Below, piece by piece: positions 1-10,185 of a stretch of 64,000 nt of DNA (positions within the stretch are counted from its first letter, which is position 1; the number at the start of each line of letters is the position of its first letter). The position numbers were made by a program, and so were the translations under genes. Location of the stretch: NCBI GenBank assembly GCA_977018835.1, contig OZ361256.1:434001-498000 (forward strand). The letters run 5' to 3'. Origin of the DNA: Minutocellus sp. GHC0000111 (lineage: Eukaryota). Below the pieces are notes generated by a model, which did no database searches, was not told the DNA's origin, and saw only the letters and a list, made by a program, of their open reading frames with translations.

Positions 1-491
1 ACTATAAGATACCGGGTGAGGAGGGCCCGCGAGCCAACCTCGAGCAGTGGACGGCGTTGCATCAGTGTGTCAGAGAGGAAAAGTGCGACCTTCTTCGCAT
101 TCTTTGTGCCGCACCGGGAGTCAAGCTGGAAATTGCGGATGGCGACGGAGAAACCCCGTTGTTTGTGGCTGCTCAAAATAGCATTGATTCGCTGAAAGTG
201 CTCATTGAGGCAGGGGCCAATGTGAACCATGTGGCGAAGGATGGATGGACGGCTTTGATGATGGTGGCACGAGATGGGGATTACGACCACGCCGTGCTGC
301 TCCTCGAGGCCGGGGCCAATGTGCATCTGGGCTGTAATTCTTTCGGGCGAACGTGTATTGGCATGCTTGCAGACATGGCATCGGAGGAATGTGCCGCAGA
401 TTGGGGCATTCGTAAGTATGAAGGGGAGACTGATAAGGAGGCCATTGCCAGAAATAGGCGTATGCTGTCGTTGCTTGAGCGGTACGCATAA
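1..491 (+). CDS. Ankyrin-repeat protein, 3' part (starts upstream of the window)
   Basis: Ankyrin motifs WTALHQCV, DGETPLFVAA...LIEAGANVN, DGWTALMMVAR...LLLEAGANV; stop at 489-491. Confidence 0.85.
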   Translation, partial: YKIPGEEGPRANLEQWTALHQCVREEKCDLLRILCAAPGVKLEIADGDGETPLFVAAQNSIDSLKVLIEAGANVNHVAKDGWTALMMVARDGDYDHAVLLLEAGANVHLGCNSFGRTCIGMLADMASEECAADWGIRKYEGETDKEAIARNRRMLSLLERYA

Positions 492-893
492 GAGAAATTA
501 CTAAATGCTACACTGACACGACCCTAACCTCTACTCGCGTGGCGGGTTCCGATTCCGGGCCTCGGGCCTCGGGCCTCTCGGCCGTCTCGGCCGTGATTGG
601 TCCAGGTAGCCGAAGAGAAGGCTCCGGGTGCCTTGTTCGGAGCTCAAAGATGAGGCTCTTGCTGAGCAACGAGATTTGAGCTAGTCTAGATGCATCAATG
701 ACGCAAGAGTTGATAGACAAGGCACGATCAAGATCAAGAGAAAAGAGAGAGCAGAACGATAGGACGAACGGACTCACTCTTCTTGGTAAAGCAGGAGCTG
801 CATCGACTGAGAAGAGGATGTCGAGCATCGCTCGTCGATTCAAAAACACAGAGACGTTGGCTGCTGCTACATCTCTAGCTAGAAGCATTCATC

Positions 894-1557
894 ATGCCTA
901 GTAACGTTATCTCCCAGTGGAAGTACTACTTCAGCCCCCATCAGGACGATCCTCACTTTTCCGCGAACTACGTAAACAACCTTGTAATGGACAAGCTCAA
1001 GGACTTCTTTCCGGATGAACTTTTTTGCCACGGACGGAGGACTGTGCCAACGAGCTTGTCAAACGGCCCAACCTTCCCATCCTGTTCGTCGCGAAAAACA
1101 ACAGGCTCAAGGTCGCCTTTCTGCATCGTATCGTCTTAGAGAACGACGTTGATCCCAACCCAGCACTCGTGTCGATTGCCAACTCGGACCACAGAGCCAT
1201 TCCAGTCGAAATGGACCCTGAAGTGCTCTTTGCTCCAGTTGAAGACATTGACGTACCAACAGATTCGGCCCTCACAAAAGTCAAGTCAAGCTCGGACTTA
1301 GGAGGATTGCCCGTTTCGGCCACCACTAAGTTCAAAGGTCGCAATTGCATCGCTGTCCCCCCAGTCATGGCGTTTGCGGTGAGATGAATGCGCTGCTGAC
1401 GACAGCAACAAGCCAGATGAAGCCTTCCTTCCTAGATGTCGTGCATTTTCTCAAATCCTTTGATGATGCGAAGATCGATGAGATGCCAAAAGCGAAGAAG
1501 GCATGCATCCCCGCCCTCCGCTTCATCTGGGCTGCAAGCAAAGAGTTGATCCTGTAA
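894..1557 (+). pseudogene. Frameshifted ORF remnant, probably transposon-derived (possibly gag-like ORF of a YR retrotransposon)
   Basis: Three overlapping ORFs (894-1139, 1025-1387, 1345-1557) read as one protein-like sequence across frameshifts, at the edge of the TE island. The family guess is weak. Confidence 0.3.
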
Positions 1558-2234
1558 CTAAGTTCCCCGCTAGGGCCGAGTTGGTCCCATTTTAGGTTAG
1601 GCACTTCATGACATATGAGATTTCGCTAGCACTTTGCTCGCGTTGTCGGACGACGGAAAGACCGTCACTCATAAATTTTTTTCCCGAACGAAGCTCATCA
1701 TGGTGACCCCCGCTCCTGGCCGCTACACATTTGCAAGGTAAGATATGGGCATTTCCGAGGCTAGCCGATACCATTGCGCTACGTTTGCGAAAGTTTCATC
1801 TTGATTGGACTCTTATTGTATGAGAAAATATAATTCAAAACAATCAACCTGTGTTCGAGTACGCGAAAAAGGGCCGCGGATGAGAAGTGATACCGTGAGA
1901 GCCACAGCAGCCCGATCGACCCAGAATTGCAGAGACACACGTCCAAGACATACATGCAAATGTTTATGTGGTTGATTGTTGTATTTTTGATTCGTATCCG
2001 CCCCCGAATCGGCCGCCATTGAAAGCAAAATTTCATCCGGCGTCGTCGTTTTTGTGCGTGATTTTCTCCCCTCTTTTTCTCATCTTGCACTGCGAATTTT
2101 TGTGCCGGACCTTCTTGGTCACAAATCTCCATCAAGTGTAGATGTGTGACCCGCGCGCGGATGGCTTGCTCGCAGCAGCCTTTTCTCCATAATTCTGGGG
2201 AGAAAGTTGGTCCGGCGGTAACTTGTCATCACGT

Positions 2235-5200
2235 CACTTTCAAATCCTCTGAACTCGAAAGGTACAGAAAGGATGAGGCTAGACTATGCGAAGAATGCAT
2301 GATGCACACATGCAGTGGATATTGCATGAGACATCCAAAAGGAAAGAAGAAGAAGAAAAGATGCTGCCGTGCTGGGGCCGGAGAAGAAAAAACAAGAATA
2401 GAAACGACACTCCTGGTTTCCCAATGCGGGATGCTCCAGCTATTACTCACGACCACAGGGGATTTCTGAAACTCGAGATGCCACGGAATCATCCGCGTTT
2501 GGTCCAAGCTCCGCTAACAATTTTGAGAGGTTGGAGAGGTAATTGCGACTTTAAAATCCTGTTGTACAAATCCACGAATGGAAAACCACATCCCGAAGAA
2601 ATATCAACAGTGACCGACTATGTCGTCGCTTACCAATGCAAAGGAAATGAGAGAATCCAAGCTGAAATACAACTTCTCCGCGATTTTGCCTTAAAGTGAG
2701 TATGAATTAGTATTTGTATATTTTATGCTTCAATCTCAAACTAACAACGAGACTGCATGTTTTTATTATTATTTGAGAAAAGCGCTGAAACGATGACTGG
2801 GACAACAGCAGACGTCATCAGAGTGTCTCGACAAATGCTCAACCGATCAATTGCAAGCAGAACAATTCCAAAGCAAGAGTGTATGGTCGAACTAGCGGAA
2901 CTCCCGCTAGTCTTAAGTTCCGACACAACCGAAACAATGAACCTGTCAAGGAGTTACAAGATTAAATCGGATACTCACAGAGGCTTAGTGTCCCAATATC
3001 GAAAAATCGCAAAGAGCAATCCGACAATGTCACTACACGATTACGTTCGTAAGGCAATCAACGAGAAAAAGAGATCAGTGAAAAACGGAAAAAGGAAATA
3101 CAAAAACGTAATCCCGCATTACGTTGGGGCAAACGGTCAGCCGAAATACCCACCAACAAAAGAATACGCGATGGCAATTCTCATAGTACACAAACCATGG
3201 GAAGACAGCAAGCCAAAAAGAAGGAACGGAGCACAAGATTGGATCGACGAATTCAAAGAATTTGTCACATCAGAAGCGTGTCCAGAATTCGTGAAAATGG
3301 AATACGCACGAGTAAAAGAAAGAGCCGAGAGCAAGAGGCCATCCGAAGCGATATCATCAGAGGAGTGCTACGACTACGAGACACAAGCAGATGTTGACGA
3401 CTCAACCAAAGATCTTTTAAATATCATCACGACTCAAACACTGGCCACAGACCCGTTTTTAAATGTCCACGACCAAAAAATTAATAAAGGCCTACATTAC
3501 GACTGGTCCGAAAGAATGTCAGTAAGTCATTTATACCTGATTTATTTTCGTCGAATATTCAACAAACATAAATGACAAAAATACATCCAACAAGGGAAAT
3601 TTTTTGTTCGACACAACATCCGATATTTTTTTTAATTCTATCACGCATTTTTTTTTAAAAAAGACTAGGGATCCTTCATACCTAGGAGAGTCGTGGCTCG
3701 ATGAATTAACACAGGACTACCAAGCAGACCTCTCTGCCAAGCAGAGGGTAAGGCCTTTCACGATGACCCTCGACGGTGAAGTGACAAACATCACCATAGA
3801 CCACGTGAAAGATGACCAACTCGACGTGATTTTATTGGTAGTGGAAAACATAAAGAAATGGATAGAAAACGCAAAGGGAATCAACAAAAAGGATGCTAAA
3901 GAGTACAAGCCCCTTAGAATGACCGTAAGGGGAGCAGCAGGATCAGGTAAGAGTTTCTTCATTAAGGCCCTGGCAAATACGGTCAGAGAGATGTTTGGCG
4001 ATCAAAACGCAGTTCACATATCTGCGCCGACAGGAGCAGCAGCTCACAACGTCGGCGGCGAAACGATACACAGGAAATTCCAAGTAAATTCACACAGGCC
4101 AGAAAATGATATTGTTGGTAAGGAGGCGAAAGCTCGATTAAAGGAAACGAAAAGAAGAACAGTGGTCGAGATAATCGACGAGAGGAGCATGCTGACATGT
4201 AAAGTCGTGGGAGCAGCAGAAAGGCACACTGCAGAAGCAGCTCATGGAGGTTCCCACGCTAATGAAGACTGGGGTGGCACACCAGTGGTTGTATTTGTAG
4301 GCGACGACTACCAACTACCACCGCCAACAAATGTAGAGAAAGGAGCTTTCGATCTGATGGACAGCAAGACATCATTTTCACAACAAAAGCTAGGCGACGC
4401 ATCATTTGGATCACAACTCCTAATGAACATGTCAGAAAAATGCGTAGAGCTTAGGCGATCTCCACCCGCGCCGGTAAAGCTCCGGTAAAGAGAAAGGGGG
4501 ATTCCCTTTTCTTTCCCTCTCCGGCATAGCAGGTCCACCAATGCCTGTGTCGGTCAAAGTCGGTTTCGTCATAAACAGAATCTGTCCCATTGAAGTAGTC
4601 GGCAACTATGCGGCGATATGCACCTTCGAAGTCTAGATCCTTGTTTGGGGATCTGCCGGGACGAGAACCACCCCACACCGGTTCGTTGTGGTCTCACTTT
4701 CACTTTCATCGTCAATGTCATCACGCGCAGACCTCAACATGTCGCCAATAATTTGACCCATTGATGAGTTGGAGTGAGTGCTGGTCGCCAACTGATGGGC
4801 CAAGTCAAATTGTTCGTTTAGCATGTCATCCAATCCCGCGAGATGGTCGGTGTCGACGGTGCGATGAGAACCGGTGGGGCGAGCGAAAGAGCGGGAGGTA
4901 GACCGGGCCTCCGCCACATCTTGCCCTTGCATGTCATCACTACCAAAGGACTCCATGTTATTTGGCTGGCGCGTAATTATCCGATCAGTCCGATGCCGAA
5001 GTGATGGGATGCGCTGTTGTTGGAGACGAGATGTGCCGGTGTGCTCACGCAGGAGAGGGGTGCAAATAACGCGCGCAAAACGCTAACAAATCTTACCGTT
5101 TACCGGACGAATACAGACGCTGGTGGAGATCGCCTTAGTAGGTCAGTAAAACGTCAAAATGGAACACAGTCGAAGTTCAAGGAAGTGCTACAGAATCTAA

Positions 5201-5919
5201 GAACAGGAGACCCCACACACGACGATGCATCCTTTTTAATGAAGTTACATCTGGCAAACCTAACTCAAGCGGAGACAGAGGAAATGGAAAAGGACAAAGC
5301 AGCAATGCACATGTTCGCCACAAAAGCGCCACGAGACGAGCACAACGTGAGGAAGCTAAGTGAAAACGCATCCGACAGAAACCCCGCGGCACTAGTTAAA
5401 GCTTCATGGAAAACAAGCAGACGAGCAAACCTACAGTCCATCGCCCAGCACTTTGACAACCCACCAGATGCAGCAACTTTAATGTGCAGAGGGTCTGTGG
5501 TCAGAATCACAGGGAAAAATTTCGAGCCAGACTTTGGACTGTGTTCAACAACGCCATCGGAGCTGTAGAAGAAGTGGTGTTCAAACCAGGGAAAGACCCA
5601 AACAATGGGGACCAACCGAGTTATGTAGCTGTGAGGTTTGAAGGATGCAGCGGGCCAGCATGGGACGAGTCGGAACCAAAAATAGTCCCAATTCCAATGG
5701 TGACAAGAAGACGCAACAAAGGGTGCTGCGAAGTGACACATGCTGCCCCCACACTGAGCCTCTCATGCGGAGTGACAGCCCACACATTCCAGGGGCAATC
5801 AGCAGGACCAGTGGATGAAGGCCAACCAAAAAATGCAGTAGATTGTGTAGTGTTCTATCCAGGAAACAACAAATTCGAAGGAAACAACCCCGGCTTGTTG
5901 CACCTAGGTGCATGGGAAC
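2235..5919 (+). mobile_element. Helitron/Helentron-type Rep-Pif1 helicase gene, truncated and decayed, with probable introns (~2696-2780, ~3522-3663)
   Basis: Rep C-terminal region (WRGNCDFKILL, DYVVAYQCKG, IPKQECMVEL, IVHKPW). Pif1/SF1B motifs GAAGSGKS, APTGAAAHNVGGETIH, IIDERSM, VFVGDDYQLPP, VELSRSVKRQ (split by an insertion), TAHTFQGQS. Cut off by an LTR at 5920. Confidence 0.85.
4454..5134 (-). mobile_element. Non-autonomous PIF/Harbinger (Pong-like) element, 681 bp, inserted in the helicase
   Basis: TIR GGCGATCTCCACC(C/A)GCG (16/17 match); TTA target duplication at 4451-4453 and 5135-5137; subterminal CCGGTAAA repeats. Minus-strand fragment GGSRPGRSPNKDLDFEGAYRRIVADYFNGTDSVYDETDF resembles the N-terminus of Pong-type transposases. 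Removing the element restores VELSRSVKRQ. Confidence 0.9.
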
Positions 5920-6115
5920 TGTTGACACCGTGGGATACGTACGTACGTATACATACGTACGGTACGTACGGTGATCAGACCACTGACTCAGTGCCCTCTC
6001 CTGACCGTTGATCCATGGGCCAACGACATCTCCGATGGCCCATTTTTCATCTACGTAGGTCCTATTAACCTCTACTAGCTATATCTATCTAGCTTAGCTT
6101 TAGGACCTCTTAGCA
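5920..6115 (+). repeat. LTR copy 1 (196 bp, TG...CA)
   Basis: TGTTG...TAGCA; near-identical to 8407-8610 and 14421-14616. Confidence 0.95.
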
Positions 6116-7348
6116 GACCTACGTGATACATCTTTTCCACCCGTGCTCGCCCCATTTCGGTTCGCACCTCACCGGTTTGTCTTGGGTTCTCACTCGTCAC
6201 GCAAGAAAAACCGACACATCTTCAATCGGCCAAAACGACCGTTTCTTTCGACAACATTGGAACGACGATCCAATCCCTTCCCCGAAAGTCCTGACCAGAT
6301 CGACCCATCCAATCGATCACACTTCTCTGGATCGAACCTTCTGTCGATCACACGTCTCGCAGCAACACCGCCGTGCTGCCTGTCTTCTTCGCTGACTGAA
6401 ACACCAGCATGAATCCCGACGCAGTTTTTGGCCAACCTCTCGGCGCAGCGCCGATTCTCCCCAACAAGTTAATCACACGTGTGAATGACCCAGGACAACC
6501 TCCCCAACGCGAGCGTGTTGCCAAAGCGCTCAAGGAACTTCAACAAGCGGCGGCCAGCACTCCAGCAGGGTGCAATGACCATGACCTCGGCCATTTGGGC
6601 CTCGTCGTCAGCGATGCCGAACACACCACCAAAAGCAACGGCCGACCACATGTGCCTCCGGCAAATCCTGGCCCCAGCCCCACCATTCCCGCCGTGGCCA
6701 ATCTAGACCAACGCGATCGTGCAATCCGGGGACATTGCATCGAAAAGGGCCACTACAACTTGTGCGAGCAAGTCAACACGGCGCTCAAGAATCTCCTCCT
6801 CGACTCGATCGACGCCGTCCACATCAATCATCTCGAAGATGACATGCTCGGTTTCCAGCCAGTCACCATCCGCCAAATCATCGACAGCATTACCGATCGC
6901 TACTTGAAATTCAACGAGACTCAGAAGGAGGAATTAGAGAAGCAGCTCGAGAAGCAGCACGACGGGGGACCCATCGACACCCACATCGCCATGTTCAACA
7001 AAGTCTTCAAGGCGTTTGAAACGGCCGGCGAACCCTTCACCAACAAGCAAAAGGTCTCCAAGTTCTACCGCTCCGTGCGCAGGTTCTCATTGGCAAAGAA
7101 GGCATGCGAGGACTGGGACGACGACAGACCGGAGGCCGAACGCACGTGGGCCAACATGCAGTCGGACTTCCGCGATTGGTGTGATAAGAAGATGGCCAAC
7201 ACCACCACCGAAGCGGCAGGATGTCATGGCGCGAATTTGGCCTCATCGGCCTCGGACGATCCATTTCTTTCTCGAGCCGATCTCCTTTTGGCTGACACCA
7301 CCGAAGCCCTCAAGACCAACCAAGCCATGTTGGCGAACCTCGCAAAAT
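5920..7348 (+). mobile_element. 3'-truncated Ty1/copia element (LTR, 5' UTR and partial gag from 6409)
   Basis: Collinear and highly similar to 8407-~9838; similarity stops abruptly after ...ANLA. Confidence 0.92.
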
Positions 7349-7901
7349 TACATTTTGATTTGGTGCTTCCAAAAATGTGTGTTTTTTCCCGGGGTGAGGA
7401 ATGCATATGTCGAAAAAAATCATCACATAATGTACATTTATTGGTTCTGGTGCACAATATCTCTCGACTATATGTAGAAGTTGGTGACCATAACTTGGTT
7501 CTTGCCCCGACTTCCATCTTGGCCGTCATTTATTCCTCGGAGTTAGAAAAAGTGAGCTTGGATTTTTGGTCTGGTGTGGTCGTGGTATGAGGTAGCGCTT
7601 GTGCTGCTGTGTGAACTGTACGTTTCGGCCAGAGTCAACTTAGATCAGTGTATATTAGCACGACGATAGGACCTTCTCTCACGATGAAGTTTCATTCGGA
7701 TTGCTTCCTGCTGATGCCATGCTGCCTTGCTCGCGCTGCGATGCCGCAGAGTCATCGGCCGGCGACCGTCGTGCAAAATGTGGGTATCCAATGGCCCTTC
7801 TCAAAGCATACACAAAATGACGAATTGCCCGAGGTTTCCGAGGTTCGAGACAAATTGCTTTCCCGTCTTTTCTATTTTCAGAAATGCCAGCCTCTCAAAA
7901 G

Positions 7902-8406
7902 TCACGGCAGCATCAAACGAAACGGGGCAAGTGCACGGGATCTTTTTGTTGTAGCCAACAGCGGCATGCTTGCGACTTTTTGCCTGACCGTCGGATTTGT
8001 AGTCCTCGCATTGAAGTTCCAATCGCTCTCTGCAACAAACTCAGAAAGGCCGTAGATTTCGGCAATGTGGTCGCAAAGATGGCCGGCGGTCATGTCAGCA
8101 TTCTCGTCGTAAATGTCGCGCCAATCTTTGTCATTTTTTAGCGCATCGTTGACCTTAGCATCTGGAGAGAAATTCTGATTACGCGCAAGCTTTTCCACCT
8201 TCTGCTCCCTGGCGACTGACTCTCATGTTGATCATCATGATGCGCCCATTGAAATCAACGTCTTTGGTTTCATCCTTCATTGGTCGGCCAACAACTCCAA
8301 GATGCATAACTTTGACAGGGTGTCTTCTGGATCGAATTTTCGGGCTTGCCTCGGAAGCATGGACAGACGCGAGGTTCGGACTACTTAGTTCTTCGTCAGA
8401 AAGTGG
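7902..8406 (-). pseudogene. Fragment of a Tc1/mariner-like (plant-mariner/DD39D-type) transposase
   Basis: Minus-strand translation KIRSRRHPVKVMHLGVVGRP...DFNGRIMM...RVSR / KLARNQNFS resembles the K-V-M-F-L-x-x-V-A-R-P...F-D-G-K-I block of plant-type mariners. Frameshifted; cut by LTR2. Confidence 0.5.
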
Positions 8407-8610
8407 TGTTGATGCCGTGGGATACGTACGTACATATACATACGTACGGTACGTACGGTACGTACGGTGATCAGACCACTGACTCAGTGCCCTCTCCTGA
8501 CCCTTGATCCATGGGCCAACGACATCTCCGATGGCCCATTTTTCATCTACTAGGTCCTATTAACCTCTACTAGCTATATCTATCTAGCTTAGCTTTAGGA
8601 CCTCTTAGCA
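8407..8610 (+). repeat. LTR copy 2 (5' LTR, 204 bp; one extra GGTACGTAC unit)
   Basis: TGTTG...TAGCA; aligns to the other two LTRs. Confidence 0.95.
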
Positions 8611-8902
8611 GACCTACGTGATACATCTTTTCCACCCGTGCTCGCCCCCCATTTCGGTTCGCACCTCACCGGTTTGTCTTGGGTTCTCACTCGTCACGCA
8701 AGAAAAACCGACACATCTTCAATCGGCCAAAACGACCGTTTCTTTCGACAATATTGGAACGACGATCCAATCCCTTCCCCGAAAGTCCTGACCAGATCGA
8801 CCCATCCAATCGATCACACTTCTCTGGATCGAACCTTCTGTCGATCACACGTCTCGCAGCAACACCGCCGTGCTGCCTGTCTTCGCTGACTGAAACACCA
8901 GC

Positions 8903-10185
8903 ATGAATCCCGACGCAGTTTTTGGCCAACCTCTCGGCGCAGCGCCGATTCTCCCCACAAAGTTAATCACACGTATGAATGACCCAGGACAACCTCCCCA
9001 ACGCGAGCGTGTTGCCAAAGCGCTCAAGGAACTTCAACAAGCGGCGGCCAGCACTCCAGCAGGGTGCAATGACCATGTGACCTCGGCCATTTGGGCCTCG
9101 TCGTCAGCGATGCCGAACACACCACCAAAAGTAACGGCCGACCACATGTGCCTCCGGCAAATCCTGGCCCCAGCCCCACCATTCCCGCCGTGGCCAATCT
9201 AGACCAACGCGATCGTGCAATCCGGGGATGTCACATCGAAAAGGGCCACTGCAACTTGTGCGAGCAAGTCAACACGGCGCTCAAGAATCTCCTCCTCGAC
9301 TCGATCGACGCCGTCTGCATCAATCATCTCGAAGATTACATGCTCGGTTTCCAGCCAGTCACCATCCGCCAAATCATCGACAGCACTGCCGATCGCTACT
9401 TGAAATTCATCGAGACTCAGAAGGAGGAATTAGAGAAGCAGCTCGAGAAGCAGCACGACGGGGGACCCATCGACACCCACATCGCCACATTCAACAAAGT
9501 CTTCAAGGCGTTTGAAACGGCCGGCGAACCCTTCACCAACAAGCAAAAGGTCTCCAAGTTCTACCGCTCCGTGCGCAGGTTCTCATTGGCAAAGAAGGCA
9601 TGCGAGGACTGGGACGACAGACCGGAGGCCGAACGCACGTGGGCCAACATGCAGTCGGACTTCCGCGATTGGTGTGATGAGAAGATGGCCAACACCACCA
9701 CCGAAGCGGCAGGATGTCATGGCGCGAATTTGGCCTCATCGGCCTCGGACGATCCATTTCTTTCTCGAGCCGATCTCCTTTTGGCTGATGCCACCGAGGC
9801 CCTCAAGACCAACCAAGCCATGATGGCGAACCTCGCCAAAAAGAGCAACGAGAAGGATGATACCATTGCCAAACTTCGCCAAGAAACAGCTTCACTCAAG
9901 GCCGAGAACCGCGTTCTGCGTGAGGGACGCAACCATGCTGGTGGCAGTGGAGGCTACCGCGGCGGTGGCCAGCAGAACGGCGCCGGCCACTTCCCAGGCC
10001 AAGGTCCTAACCTCAACCGCCAGGAGAAGCGGGAACTGCAGTCGATCCTCCCCAGAGGCCATCATTGCCACACGTGCGGCTATTCGTCCAACCACCCCAG
10101 CTTTGAATGCACTTGCAAAGGGCCCAACCACGTTGATAACGCCACCAAGTGCAATCCTTGCGGTGGTAGCTCGCGTCGTAACTGA
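8903..10185 (+). pseudogene. Copia gag (frameshift near 9077), C-terminal Cys/His knuckle
   Basis: ORFs 8903-9202 and 9091-10185; knuckle CHTCGYSSNHPSFEC; ends in TGA in frame with pol. Confidence 0.85.

Noticed and set aside
1558..2234. AT-richer non-coding stretch as a defined element end
   Set aside because: I could not find TIRs, a TSD or a Helitron terminal hairpin; left unannotated.
7349..7590. Hydrophobic C-terminal extension of the 393-aa ORF as an env-like or novel gag fusion
   Set aside because: Read-through from truncated gag into unrelated AT-rich DNA; the full copy continues differently.
10183..10185. gag UGA as selenocysteine
   Set aside because: No redox motif and no SECIS geometry; ordinary readthrough fits better.
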